Below are positions 8,959-17,833 of a stretch of DNA of 53,767 nt, piece after piece; the stretch's first letter is position 1; each line of letters starts with the position of its first letter. This DNA is from Methanomicrobiales archaeon (GTDB taxonomy: Archaea > Halobacteriota > Methanomicrobia > Methanomicrobiales > Methanomicrobiaceae), in assembly GCA_013415665.1 (NCBI GenBank), contig JAAEEQ010000001.1:1-53767 (forward strand). Reading direction: 5' to 3'. The position numbers were made by a program, and so were the translations under genes. Below the pieces are notes generated by a model. The model saw nothing but the letters and a program-made list of their open reading frames with translations. It was not told the DNA's origin and searched no databases.

Positions 8959-10380
8959 ATGGAGCAGAGGTTTCTATCCGAGTTTTGTGAGCGGGGCCTG
9001 GTCAGTTCCGAACGCATGGCCGCAATCGATGCAAATGCCCGTTCGCATGGCGTTACCGGCCTTCAGCTGATGGAAAGCGCAGGGCGGGCGCTCGCGGAGC
9101 GCGTGCAGGCGTACGGCCCGGGCACTGTTCTGATTCTTTGCGGGAAAGGCAACAACGGCGGCGACGGGTGTGTTGCGGCACGCTACCTGCAGGACGTCGC
9201 GGACGTGACGGTCCTGTATCCCGCCGAGGGGATGAAAACGCAGGATGCGGCTGCAAATCTCGCAGCCCTGTCCGGTTGTGCCGTCAGGACCGTACCTATC
9301 CGGTGTGCGGGTGACGTTGGCCGGGCTGCCCCCCTGTTTGCCCGGGCCGACGTGATTCTGGATGCGCTCCTCGGAACCGGTGCCGCAGGATCACTGCGGG
9401 AACCGCTGCGGGAGTGCATCGATTATGCCAACGGGAGCCCGGCGAAAATTATTGCCGCGGACATGCCGACGCCGGGGTTGCGTGCCGATTGCATCGTTGC
9501 ATTCCACCGGCCGAAGGTGCCGGGTTCGGAGATCGCCGCCATCGGGATCCCCCTCGCGGCGGAATGTTATGCGGGGCCGGGGGATCTCCTCCTTCTGCCG
9601 GCCAAGGATGCCGCCGCCCACAAGGGGGACGGCGGGGAGGTGCTCGTCATCGGCGGAGGGCCCTACCAGGGAGCCCCGTATCTTGCCGGCCTTGCCGCCC
9701 TCCGCGCCGGTGCTGACATCGTCCGGGTGGCGACGCCGGCCCCCCTCCCCTACCCCGATCTCATCACCGAAGTGTTTTCGGGGGATCATTTCGGTCCCGA
9801 ACATGCCGAAAGGCTGGAAGAGCTGGCCCGGCGTGCAGACGTTGTCGTCTGCGGCCCCGGCCTCGGGAAAAAAAGCGGCATGGTTGCGGCGTCGGTAGGC
9901 CTCTCGGCACGCCGTGCCGTCTTCGATGCCGATGCGCTCTCGTCTCCGCCGGTGCGTGCCCGCGACACGATCGTAACGCCGCATGCGGGGGAGTTTGAAA
10001 GGATGTTCGGCACCGCCCTCCCGGCAGATCTTACAGAACGGGCCCGTTTGATCAGGTCCCGGGCCGAAGGGATGACTCTGCTGGTCAAGGGCCGGGTCGA
10101 TATCATCTCCGACGGGGCGCGCGTCCGGTTCAATGCAACCGGGGCGCCGGCAATGACGGCCGGCGGCACCGGGGATGTGCTGGCAGGTATTGCGGGAGCG
10201 CTGTTCTACCGGCTTCCCGCCTTCGAGGCTGCCGTTGCTGCCGCGTACGTCAATGGCCTGGCCGGCATGGAGGTTGCCGCAGAAAAAGGGGACGGACTTG
10301 CGGCAAGCGATCTTCTTGATAGGATACCCGCCAAACTCTTGAGAAAGGAGAGAACTGATGGTAGAATTCACGCATATTGA
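8959..10380 (+). CDS. nnr: bifunctional NAD(P)H-hydrate epimerase / ADP-dependent dehydratase
   Basis: 473 aa. YjeF_N part (LCGKGNNGGDG) plus a C-terminal carbohydrate-kinase part (GGTGDVLAG). Confidence 0.85.
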   Translation: MEQRFLSEFCERGLVSSERMAAIDANARSHGVTGLQLMESAGRALAERVQAYGPGTVLILCGKGNNGGDGCVAARYLQDVADVTVLYPAEGMKTQDAAANLAALSGCAVRTVPIRCAGDVGRAAPLFARADVILDALLGTGAAGSLREPLRECIDYANGSPAKIIAADMPTPGLRADCIVAFHRPKVPGSEIAAIGIPLAAECYAGPGDLLLLPAKDAAAHKGDGGEVLVIGGGPYQGAPYLAGLAALRAGADIVRVATPAPLPYPDLITEVFSGDHFGPEHAERLEELARRADVVVCGPGLGKKSGMVAASVGLSARRAVFDADALSSPPVRARDTIVTPHAGEFERMFGTALPADLTERARLIRSRAEGMTLLVKGRVDIISDGARVRFNATGAPAMTAGGTGDVLAGIAGALFYRLPAFEAAVAAAYVNGLAGMEVAAEKGDGLAASDLLDRIPAKLLRKERTDGRIHAY

Positions 10381-10831
10381 AGGCGATCGGGTCCGCATGG
10401 TCGACGTGACCGAAAAAAGCGATGTTTCCCGGAAAGCCACGGCAGAAGGCAGGATATTCCTGCGATCCGAGACCCTCGCGGCGATCCGCAGCGGAAGCGT
10501 CGTGAAAGGGAACGTGCTTGCAACCGCCCGCGTTGCCGCCATTCAGGCGGTCAAGGAGACCTCCCGGCTCATCCCGATGTGCCACCCCCTTCCCGTCGGC
10601 GGGGTGTCCGTGGATTTCAGGGAAGAGCCGGGCTGCATCGTGGCCACGGTGTCGGTCCGGACCTATGGCAGGACCGGTGTCGAGATGGAAGCGCTGACCG
10701 GGGTGAGCGTCGGCCTCCTGACCGTCTGGGATATGGTGAAATCGGCGGAAAAGGATGCGGAAGGCCAGTATCCGGAGACGCGGATCGAAGGGATTCGCGT
10801 GACCGAAAAACGCAAAGGCCCCGGGGCGTGA
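10358..10831 (+). CDS. moaC: cyclic pyranopterin monophosphate synthase accessory protein
   Basis: 157 aa with MVDVT.K, IPMCHPL and EMEALT blocks. Overlaps the nnr end by 23 nt. Confidence 0.9.
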   Translation: MVEFTHIEGDRVRMVDVTEKSDVSRKATAEGRIFLRSETLAAIRSGSVVKGNVLATARVAAIQAVKETSRLIPMCHPLPVGGVSVDFREEPGCIVATVSVRTYGRTGVEMEALTGVSVGLLTVWDMVKSAEKDAEGQYPETRIEGIRVTEKRKGPGA

Positions 10832-10891
10832 GTAGTGCGGGGGCTGCGGGAAGAGAGATTTTAATAGTATTCCGGGTGACATATACAGAAC

Positions 10892-10910
10892 CGCGGGATG
10901 CAGTCCCGCG
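10892..10910 (+). promoter_or_regulatory. 7-bp stem / 5-nt loop hairpin in the presumed L15e leader
   Basis: CGCGGGA TGCAG TCCCGCG, downstream of a TTTTAATA box at 10859-10866 and about 55 nt upstream of the L15e ATG. Function unknown. Confidence 0.25.
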
Positions 10911-10965
10911 ACAAAGGAATGTGGCGCTGCGAAAAAGCCGCGCTGAACCTTTCAGGTGATTGAAA

Positions 10966-11556
10966 ATGGTAAAATCAATGTATGCCTACGTTCGCGAGGC
11001 ATGGAAAAAACCCGAATCCTCGGATCTCAAGACGCTTCTCTGGCAGCGCATGCAGAACTGGCGCCGTGAGGGCAGCGTCGTGCGTATCGACCGCCCCACC
11101 CGTATCGACCGTGCACGATCGCTCGGCTACCGTGCAAAGCAGGGCATCATCGTCGCCCGTGTCAGCGTACGCCGTGGCGGACGCAGGGTGTCGCGGTATG
11201 TCCGGGGCCGCCGGACCAACCGTATGGGCATGCGCCGCCTGACGGGCGGGAAGAGCATTCAGCGGATTGCCGAGGAGCGTGCCTCGAGAAAATTCGTCAA
11301 CATGGAAGTGCTCAACTCATACTGGGTCGGGCAGGACGGGCGCCAGAAGTGGTATGAAGTCATCCTGGTGGATCCGTCCCACCCGGCGATTAAGAATGAT
11401 GCGCACCTTTCATGGGTTGCCGATCCCGTGCACCGCGGACGTGCCGAGCGCGGCCGGACAGCGGCGGGCATGCGTGGTCGCGGTATGCGCAAGCGCGGCG
11501 AAGGGACGGAGCACACCCGCCCCAGCATCCGGTCCAACATGAACCGGGGTAAATAA
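10966..11556 (+). CDS. rpl15e: 50S ribosomal protein L15e
   Basis: [16 protein letters not shown]... is a typical L15e N-terminus. The track ORF starts 6 nt earlier at a TTG. Confidence 0.95.
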   Translation: MVKSMYAYVREAWKKPESSDLKTLLWQRMQNWRREGSVVRIDRPTRIDRARSLGYRAKQGIIVARVSVRRGGRRVSRYVRGRRTNRMGMRRLTGGKSIQRIAEERASRKFVNMEVLNSYWVGQDGRQKWYEVILVDPSHPAIKNDAHLSWVADPVHRGRAERGRTAAGMRGRGMRKRGEGTEHTRPSIRSNMNRGK

Positions 11557-11583
11557 ATATCCCTTTTTTTATAGAGGCAGAGG

Positions 11584-12225
11584 ATGAACTTCGCCGATGC
11601 CTGCATGCATCCGTATCCGCATGGCGACTCTTCTGTCCGCAGGCTTGCGCACGAAGCAGCGGCACGCGGCTATGACGGTATCGTCTGCGTCGGCATTTCG
11701 CCCCCTCCCGATACTCCTGTTCGTGTCATTCCTGCTGCGGTTGTGGCGGGAAAAACGTTCAAGGACATTTCAGTGCAGGTACGGCGCGAGTCACGCAGCG
11801 CCGATCTCATCCTCGCCTGTGCGGGGGATGCCGGCCTGAACCGGGCACTCCTGTCCTACCGGGGCATACACATCCTGAAAGGAGTGCATGCCGCGCCACG
11901 CCGGGCCTTTGACCATATCTGTGCACGAAATGCAGCCGATTCTGAAATCGCCGTGGATATCAGTCTTCAGCCGCTGATCGGCAGTCGTGGCGCGGCACGG
12001 CAGAAGGTGCTGCAGTGCTATGCCGACATTCTCCGCCTCCAGCGCAGGTACGGCTTTCGGCTTGCCATATCCAGCGATGCCCGATCGGTGCTGGACCTCC
12101 GGCATGTCCGGGTCATCCCGCACCTCTGCGGATTGTTCGGCATGGAACCTGCGGAGACAACGGCCGCGCTCGGCACCGTCGGCCGTCTCCTGCATCCGGA
12201 TATGCCCGTCGAGGTGCTGGAATGA
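11584..12225 (+). CDS. rnp3: RNase P protein component 3 (Rpp30 homologue)
   Basis: 213 aa PHP/TIM-like protein in the conserved position between L15e and Pop5. ATGA overlap with the next gene. Confidence 0.75.
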   Translation: MNFADACMHPYPHGDSSVRRLAHEAAARGYDGIVCVGISPPPDTPVRVIPAAVVAGKTFKDISVQVRRESRSADLILACAGDAGLNRALLSYRGIHILKGVHAAPRRAFDHICARNAADSEIAVDISLQPLIGSRGAARQKVLQCYADILRLQRRYGFRLAISSDARSVLDLRHVRVIPHLCGLFGMEPAETTAALGTVGRLLHPDMPVEVLE

Positions 12226-12704
12226 AGCCGCGGCCCCCGACGCTCCGCGACCGGCGCAGGTACGTTCTCGCGGCATGTGCACCGGAATACCGGGAACCGG
12301 ATCCCAAAACCCTCTATTATACGGTGCTCGACGCGGCGACGGCACTCTACGGGGATGCGGCGACGGCTGCCATGCAGATATCGGTCATGGCCGGTGTCCG
12401 GGGGTATGCCATCCTGCGGTGCAGGCGGGGCGAGGAGTGGCGGATGATCACCGCCTGTGCGACGGTGACATCGCTCAACGGGTCCCGCATCGCCCTGCAT
12501 CCCGTCGCCGTCTCGGGCACGATGCATGCACTCCGCAGGAGAATACGGAGCATACCAGAGCCTTCGGATGGGGAAGAAGTGATGCTGGAGGGCGAACCCT
12601 ATTGCGTCAGGCAGTGCTCCGGTCAAAACATTGATTTAATTAAAAAAAGTATAAAAAATCAGAAAACACTGTATTTTACCCAGAAAGACAGGGAGGAGTT
12701 TTGA
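12222..12704 (+). CDS. rnp2: RNase P protein component 2 (Pop5 homologue) with an unusually long C-terminal tail
   Basis: Internal Met [16 protein letters not shown]... with a VSGT motif. The start is coupled to the rnp3 stop. The last ~35 codons run through AT-rich promoter-like DNA. Confidence 0.7.
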   Translation: MKPRPPTLRDRRRYVLAACAPEYREPDPKTLYYTVLDAATALYGDAATAAMQISVMAGVRGYAILRCRRGEEWRMITACATVTSLNGSRIALHPVAVSGTMHALRRRIRSIPEPSDGEEVMLEGEPYCVRQCSGQNIDLIKKSIKNQKTLYFTQKDREEF

Positions 12705-13429
12705 TGCAACCACAATATCAGATGGGATATGACCGGGCGATCACGGTGTTCAGCCCGGATGGCAGGCTCTATCAGGTGGAATATGCCCGTGAAGCGGTGA
12801 AGCGGGGGACGACTGCGGTTGGCATCAAATGCAGCGACGGTGTGGTGCTCATCGTTGACAAGCGGGTGAGTTCACGCCTGCTCGAACCCTCGTCGATTGA
12901 AAAGATCTTCAAGATTGACGATCATATCGGCGTTGCGTCCTCCGGGCTTGTCGGGGATGCCCGTTCCCTGGTGGATCGCGCCCGTGTGGAGTGTCAGATC
13001 AACCGCGTTTCCTATGATGAACGGATCGATGTCGAAACCCTCTCGAAGAAACTCTGCGACCACATGCAGACCTACACCCAGTTCGGCGGGGCGCGCCCGT
13101 ACGGCACCGCTCTCCTGATCGCCGGTGTCAGTGACGGAACGGCCCGTCTCTTCGAGACGGATCCGAGCGGCACCCTGCTCGAGTACAAGGCAACCGGTAT
13201 CGGCACCGGCCGTCCTGCGGTCATGAAAGTCTTTGAAGAGGACTATGACCCGGCGATGTCGTACAGCGAGGGCATCCTTCTCGGCTTAAAAGCGCTGCAT
13301 GCGGCGACCGAAGGGAAGTTCGATGTGAATACCGTTGAAATCGGCATTATCGAGATGAAGACGCATCTCTTCCGGAAGATGAGTCCGGAAGAGGTGAAAA
13401 CCTACGTCGATAAGATCGAACAGCAGTAG
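12704..13429 (+). CDS. psmA: proteasome subunit alpha
   Basis: [28 protein letters not shown] is the canonical alpha-subunit N-terminus. Confidence 0.97.
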   Translation: MQPQYQMGYDRAITVFSPDGRLYQVEYAREAVKRGTTAVGIKCSDGVVLIVDKRVSSRLLEPSSIEKIFKIDDHIGVASSGLVGDARSLVDRARVECQINRVSYDERIDVETLSKKLCDHMQTYTQFGGARPYGTALLIAGVSDGTARLFETDPSGTLLEYKATGIGTGRPAVMKVFEEDYDPAMSYSEGILLGLKALHAATEGKFDVNTVEIGIIEMKTHLFRKMSPEEVKTYVDKIEQQ

Positions 13430-13440
13430 GGGGAGCGCGG

Positions 13441-14136
13441 ATGATACCCCTTGATCAGGCGGTCGTCGCACGGCTCGAAAGTCACGGGGAGCGGTTCGAG
13501 ATACTGGTGGATCCCGACATGGCGGCGGATGCGCGGCATGATCCGTCCATAGGGATCGAAGATATCGTCGCCGCTCTTTTCGTCTTTGAGAATGCATCGC
13601 GTGCCGAAAAGGCATCGGACGAGTCGTTGAAGAAGGTATTCGGGACCGCCGATTTTGAAACGATAGCCCGCAAAATTATCCTGAAGGGAGAAATCCACCT
13701 GACCGCCGAACAGCGGCGCAGGATGATTGCGGATAAACGCCGGCAGGTGGTCACGTTCATCGCGCGCAATGCCATCAATCCGCAGAACAACCTCCCCCAC
13801 CCTCCCCAGCGCATCGAGCTTGCGATGGAGGAGGCAAAGGTGAACATCGATCCGTTCCGTCACCTCGACGAGCTGGTGAAGGACACGGTGAAGGCGCTCC
13901 GCCCTATCCTGCCGATAAAATTCGCCGAAACCCGCATCGCGGTCAAAGTGCCTGCCGATTATGCGCCACGCGCCTACGGGGAGATCCAGGCGGCAACAAC
14001 GGTCGAAAAGGAACAGTGGATGAACGACGGCTCCTGGATTTGTGTCGTGCGGATACCGGCAGGAATTCAGGAGGAATTCTATTCGCTGATCAACCGCCTC
14101 ACCAAAGGTGACGCGGAAGTGAAGATTCTGGATTAG
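13441..14136 (+). CDS. ribosome maturation protein SBDS/Sdo1
   Basis: 231 aa with an SBDS-like N-terminus (ARLESHGERFEILVDPD), in the conserved position after psmA. Confidence 0.9.
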   Translation: MIPLDQAVVARLESHGERFEILVDPDMAADARHDPSIGIEDIVAALFVFENASRAEKASDESLKKVFGTADFETIARKIILKGEIHLTAEQRRRMIADKRRQVVTFIARNAINPQNNLPHPPQRIELAMEEAKVNIDPFRHLDELVKDTVKALRPILPIKFAETRIAVKVPADYAPRAYGEIQAATTVEKEQWMNDGSWICVVRIPAGIQEEFYSLINRLTKGDAEVKILD

Positions 14137-14188
14137 AATTAAGAAGGCTGAGCAACAATCTATACAGACATATCAGGGGTAATCAATA

Positions 14189-14479
14189 ATGGCGAAAAAA
14201 GGAAAACTCAAAGCAAAAGGACGTGTGACAGGAAGTTCGGGCAGATTCGGTCCCCGTTACGGCCGTTTTATCAGAAAGCGGGTAACCGAGGTCGAAAAGG
14301 TCTCTCGTGCGCTGCACATCTGCCCCCGGTGCGAAACCCGGGCGGTATCCCGGCAGGGAACCGGCATCTGGGAGTGCCGGAAATGTTCATACAAGTTTGC
14401 AGGAGGCACCTACGTTCCGCAGACGCCGGTCCTGAAGGTTGCGCTCCGCACTATCGAACGTTCGCTCACCAAGGAGTGA
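14189..14479 (+). CDS. rpl37ae: 50S ribosomal protein L37Ae
   Basis: 96 aa. GRFGPRYG and a CxxC...CxxC zinc ribbon. Confidence 0.95.
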   Translation: MAKKGKLKAKGRVTGSSGRFGPRYGRFIRKRVTEVEKVSRALHICPRCETRAVSRQGTGIWECRKCSYKFAGGTYVPQTPVLKVALRTIERSLTKE

Positions 14480-14480
14480 C

Positions 14481-14618
14481 GTGACGGTGTCCGGGTACAA
14501 GTGCGCACGGTGCAAGCAGAAGGTGGAGATCGACATCAATGTCCGTTGCCCCTATTGCGGCCACCGCATCCTTTTCAAAGAGCGTGGCGCCGGCATTAAG
14601 GATCTCAAGGCCCGATGA
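14481..14618 (+). CDS. rpoP: DNA-directed RNA polymerase subunit P (Rpo12)
   Basis: Below the track cutoff. A GTG 1 nt after the L37Ae stop gives [45 protein letters not shown] (45 aa) with a CxxC...CxxC zinc ribbon. The stop overlaps the next ATG (ATGA). Confidence 0.85.
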   Translation: MTVSGYKCARCKQKVEIDINVRCPYCGHRILFKERGAGIKDLKAR

Positions 14619-15013
14619 TCCTGGTTTCCACCTCACGAAAACCCCTTCCTGAAGTACGAACATTTTCAAAGGACCTTGCTTTCGCGCTTGGCGGGAGGTA
14701 TGCACCCCGCGGAAAAACGGGGATGTACGACATTACCGATGCGGAGGCAACCGTTCTTCTTGTCTCGAGGCAGGGAGGACGTTTCTGCATCGATGTCTAC
14801 GCGGGCGGCACCCATGCCTCAGGGATCGCGTTCAGTACCTTCCGGGTGGAGCAGCGGGAGGGGGTGCTTGCAAAAGGGCTCAGGACCGGAAACCAAACGG
14901 TTTATGAGTCTTTGCAGCGATACGTTGATATCATTCCGTCAGATGAGGGTGCCGCGACGCTTTCCTTCGACGGGGCGCAGAAACGACGGTATGTCCTTGA
15001 ATTAGAGGAATGA
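14615..15013 (+). CDS. Brix-domain (Imp4-like) ribosome biogenesis protein
   Basis: 132 aa. [21 protein letters not shown] is a typical archaeal Brix N-terminus, and the synteny is conserved. Confidence 0.8.
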   Translation: MILVSTSRKPLPEVRTFSKDLAFALGGRYAPRGKTGMYDITDAEATVLLVSRQGGRFCIDVYAGGTHASGIAFSTFRVEQREGVLAKGLRTGNQTVYESLQRYVDIIPSDEGAATLSFDGAQKRRYVLELEE

Positions 15014-15249
15014 AACACGTTGCCACGTTCCGGATCCGCGGTGCTGAAGTGCCGTGCATCTATCGCGCAATTCTCCCGGAAATCGGAGAGATGGGGCGAT
15101 CGCGGGTGGATATCGCCTGTGACGGCGAAGATGCACTCGTGCTTCGGGTAGCCGCTTCCGATATCCCGGCGTTGCGGGCTGCGATCAACTCGTGGCTGCG
15201 TCTCGTAAACGTCGCATATGAAATGCAGGAGCTAGTAAGGCATGAATAA
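15010..15249 (+). CDS. pcc1: KEOPS complex subunit Pcc1
   Basis: 79 aa. The size, position in the superoperon and the sequence pattern ending SWLRLV fit Pcc1. Confidence 0.7.
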   Translation: MKHVATFRIRGAEVPCIYRAILPEIGEMGRSRVDIACDGEDALVLRVAASDIPALRAAINSWLRLVNVAYEMQELVRHE

Positions 15250-15601
15250 TATACCACCGAAAGTGCAGAATCAGCTTGCGATGCTGCAGCAGCTGCAGCA
15301 GCAGTTGCAGACCATTGTCGGCCAGAAGGCGCAGTATGAGATTGCCGTGCGCGAGGCAAAGAAAGCCTCGGAGGAACTCAGGGATGTCGCCGAAAATGCG
15401 GAGATCTTTGTTTCCGTGGGCTCGGTCATGATGCAGCAGCCCAAAGAGAAGGTCGAAGCCCAGCTTACCGAGAAGACCGAGAGCCTTGAGCTTCGCATCA
15501 AGTCGCTTGAAAAACAGGAGAAGATGCTGCAGGGCAAATTCGAACAGCTGCAGGCTCAGATCAAAGCGGCACTGGAGGGAAAACCCCCGGTGGCCACCTG
15601 A
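15242..15601 (+). CDS. pfdB: prefoldin subunit beta
   Basis: 119 aa coiled coil (QNQLAMLQQLQQQLQ...) in the conserved position. Confidence 0.9.
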   Translation: MNNIPPKVQNQLAMLQQLQQQLQTIVGQKAQYEIAVREAKKASEELRDVAENAEIFVSVGSVMMQQPKEKVEAQLTEKTESLELRIKSLEKQEKMLQGKFEQLQAQIKAALEGKPPVAT

Positions 15602-15616
15602 TCGATTCTGTTCCTT

Positions 15617-17137
15617 TTATCTTTCCTTTTTTCCATTCACTCGTCTGACCAGGTTGAGCGCATTGATCATCGCTTCGACCGAAGCCAGAACGATATCGTC
15701 ACTCGAGGCGCTTGCATCGAATACACGGCCGTGTTCGTCCTCGATTGCGATTGTCACGTGCCCGAGGGCATCCGTTCCTCCTGAGATTGCGGCAACGGAA
15801 AATTCCTTCAGCTGTACCGGGATCGGCACGACGCCCAGAAGCGCCTTCATCGCGGCATCGACCGGCCCGTTGCCGACACTGGAGTAGACTGCCTCCCTGC
15901 CTTCGACCCGCATTTTGACGCTTGCCGTCGGGAGGACATGGTTTCCGGTGAGGATGGCGATGTCATCCAGTTCTATGGGTTTCTGGCCCGGTGTGCCGCC
16001 GATGATGTTTTCGGCGATTTCGTACAGGTCGTTGTCCGTTACCCGCTTGCCCTTGCTTGCGATGACCTTGATCCTTTTTACGATCTCGTCGATCTGCTGG
16101 TCATCCGGGGAGAAATGCACTTCCTCAAGCATCTGCTTGACGGCATGCCGCCCGACGTGCTTGCCGAGCGTCAGCCTCCTCCGGTGCCCGACCATCTCCG
16201 GGGTCATGATGCCGGGTTCGAAGGTGCTCGCATTTGCGATAACCCCGTGCGAGTGAATGCCGCTTTCGTGCGAAAAAGCATTGTCGCCGACGACCGGTTT
16301 GATGGGCGGGATGGCAATGCCGGAGAAGCGGGAAACCATCCGGGATGTTTCGACGAGGCGTTCGGTGGTAATGCCGGTGTCAAAGCCGAAGATCGACTCG
16401 AGCACCATGACGGTTTCGGCAATATCGGCATTGCCTGCCCGCTCGCCGATCCCGTTGACCGTCACCTGGACCTGGGATGCGCCTGCCTCGACTGCCGATG
16501 TCGTATTGCCCACCGCCAGGCCGAAGTCGTTGTGGCAGTGCACATCGATCCGGCAGTCCACGGCATCGCGGATCATCCTGATCAGGGCGGACATACGCGA
16601 CGGCGTTGAAACACCGACGGTGTCGGGGACATTGATGATGGTCGCCCCTGCCCCGACTGCGGTCCGGAAAACCTCAAGGAGGGCTTCCGGTTCGGTCCGG
16701 GTTGCGTCCATCGCGGAAAACATCACCTGATCGCAGCGTTCACGTGCATACCCGACGATGGAGGAGGTGATGGCGAGCACTTCTTCATGGCTTTTTTTGA
16801 TGGTATGCACTCGCTGGACTTCTGAAGTCGGTATGAAGACATGCACCATATCGACGCCGCAATCGATGCAGCGGTCGACATCTGCTGTCAGTGAACGCGC
16901 AAGTCCGCAGATGCTGGCATGCAGCCCGGCATCGGCGATGGTTTTAACGGTTTCAAATTCCGCGTCCGATGATGCCGGGAACCCGGCTTCGATGACGTGG
17001 ACGCCGATCTCTGAAAGCTGCGTTGCAATGGCAATCTTCTGATCCAGCGTGAATGACACGCCGGGCGTCTGTTCTCCATCCCGAAGGGTGGTGTCAAATA
17101 CGGTGACCGATCGCGGTACGTTACTGCGGTCGCCCAA
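15617..17137 (-). CDS. 2-isopropylmalate synthase / (R)-citramalate synthase family enzyme
   Basis: 506 aa. FDTTLRDGEQTPG, HCHNDFGLAV and a C-terminal LeuA-dimer regulatory domain. TTG start per the track. LeuA and CimA cannot be told apart by eye. Confidence 0.9.
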   Translation of the reverse strand: MGDRSNVPRSVTVFDTTLRDGEQTPGVSFTLDQKIAIATQLSEIGVHVIEAGFPASSDAEFETVKTIADAGLHASICGLARSLTADVDRCIDCGVDMVHVFIPTSEVQRVHTIKKSHEEVLAITSSIVGYARERCDQVMFSAMDATRTEPEALLEVFRTAVGAGATIINVPDTVGVSTPSRMSALIRMIRDAVDCRIDVHCHNDFGLAVGNTTSAVEAGASQVQVTVNGIGERAGNADIAETVMVLESIFGFDTGITTERLVETSRMVSRFSGIAIPPIKPVVGDNAFSHESGIHSHGVIANASTFEPGIMTPEMVGHRRRLTLGKHVGRHAVKQMLEEVHFSPDDQQIDEIVKRIKVIASKGKRVTDNDLYEIAENIIGGTPGQKPIELDDIAILTGNHVLPTASVKMRVEGREAVYSSVGNGPVDAAMKALLGVVPIPVQLKEFSVAAISGGTDALGHVTIAIEDEHGRVFDASASSDDIVLASVEAMINALNLVRRVNGKKER

Positions 17138-17216
17138 GAAAACGATCTGCCGCTTGGGCAGCGACTGTCCCTGCCTCGAATGTTTTGTGAGACATACCCG
17201 ATCTATACGTGGTCGG

Positions 17217-17226
17217 TTTATATAAA
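17217..17226. promoter_or_regulatory. palindromic TATA box candidate (TTTATATAAA), possibly for the divergent synthase gene
   Basis: Lies in the AT-rich 165-nt spacer between the synthase start (17137) and tRNA-Tyr. Coordinates are +/-1-2 nt because no track ORF anchors this spacer. Confidence 0.3.
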
Positions 17227-17265
17227 TCTCTGCTTTCCGCCGGGTATTGATGAAAAAACGGAATC

Positions 17266-17273
17266 TTTAATAG
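17266..17273 (+). promoter_or_regulatory. TATA box candidate (TTTAATAG) for the tRNA-Tyr/tRNA-Asp unit
   Basis: Centred about 34 nt upstream of the tRNA-Tyr 5' end, which is compatible with archaeal TATA-to-TSS spacing plus a short leader. Confidence 0.4.
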
Positions 17274-17302
17274 GTGTTCCTGCTAATATTGTAGAGCACT
17301 TA

Positions 17303-17409
17303 CCCGCCTTAACTCAGACTGGTAGAGTGCGCGGCTGTAGTATAGTGTGCCGGTGAACGGTAACTGCGCGGCTACCGCGATGTCCCCGGTTCGAATCCGG
17401 GAGGCGGGA
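17303..17409 (+). tRNA. tRNA-Tyr (GTA) with a 33-nt intron (17341-17373) at the canonical 37/38 position
   Basis: - Acceptor stem: CCCGCCT/AGGCGGG, with the archaeal/eukaryal Tyr identity pair C1-G72 and discriminator A.
- D arm: ACTC...GAGT.
- Anticodon stem: CGCGG/CCGCG, with loop CTGTAG[intron]A.
- T arm: CCCGG TTCGAAT CCGGG.
- Coordinates were anchored on the spurious track ORF 17283..17465. Confidence 0.85.
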
Positions 17410-17426
17410 TCCATAGTGTCATATAA

Positions 17427-17499
17427 GCCCAGGTAGTGTAGAGGCCTATCATGTCGGCCTGTCACGCCGACGACTCGGATTCGAATTCCGACCTGGGCG
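17427..17499 (+). tRNA. tRNA-Asp (GTC)
   Basis: Acceptor GCCCAGG/CCTGGGC, discriminator G, anticodon loop CTGTCAC, T loop TTCGAAT. 73 nt, 17 nt downstream of tRNA-Tyr. Confidence 0.9.
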
Positions 17500-17504
17500 T
17501 CTTG

Positions 17505-17520
17505 TTTTTTCTGGTTTTTT
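17505..17520 (+). terminator. oligo-T terminator (two T6 runs) after the tRNA pair
   Basis: GTTTTTTCTGGTTTTTT lies immediately 3' of tRNA-Asp. Archaeal RNAP terminates at oligo-T tracts. Confidence 0.6.
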
Positions 17521-17761
17521 GTTACGGATTGTTTTTATTCCGGGCGGTGCCATATCCGGCATGATGCGTGAACCATGCTGCCTCTTCCCCGTCCGGTCGG
17601 GCATCCCCGCAATCGGCCTGGGCCTGTTCCTCCTGCTGGCCTGTGCCGTGCCGTATTTTGTCGAGGGCTTGCCACCCCTGCCCCTGCCTGTTTTTGGGGT
17701 TTTTCTCTCCTTCGGGCTTTTATTGATCGCAGCCGGGCTGAAAAAGAACTGGCATCGATAA
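17519..17761 (+). CDS. hypothetical small membrane protein (2 TM)
   Basis: 80-aa track ORF with a TTG start (ATG at 17561 is an alternative) and two hydrophobic helices. No recognisable motif, and the coding status is uncertain. Confidence 0.3.
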   Translation: MLRIVFIPGGAISGMMREPCCLFPVRSGIPAIGLGLFLLLACAVPYFVEGLPPLPLPVFGVFLSFGLLLIAAGLKKNWHR

Positions 17762-17833
17762 AAACGAGGCTTTGCGGCGGGAAACGGTAATCTTAACCAT
17801 CATAAGAGACGAAGAAGAAGGAAGTGAACGGTT

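Noticed and set aside
9391-10542. 383-aa ORF antisense to nnr and moaC
   Set aside because: It is extremely Arg/Pro/Gly-rich with no motifs, and it fully overlaps two well-supported genes. This is the typical high-GC antisense artefact.
15281-15312. CAG/CTG-rich repeat (CTGCAGCAGCTGCAGCAGCAGTTGCAG)
   Set aside because: It encodes the LQQLQQQLQ heptad of the prefoldin beta coiled coil. This is coding low complexity, not a regulatory or expansion repeat.
17283-17465. 60-aa minus-strand ORF in the track
   Set aside because: It is made entirely of the reverse complement of tRNA-Tyr and tRNA-Asp. I used it only as a coordinate anchor.
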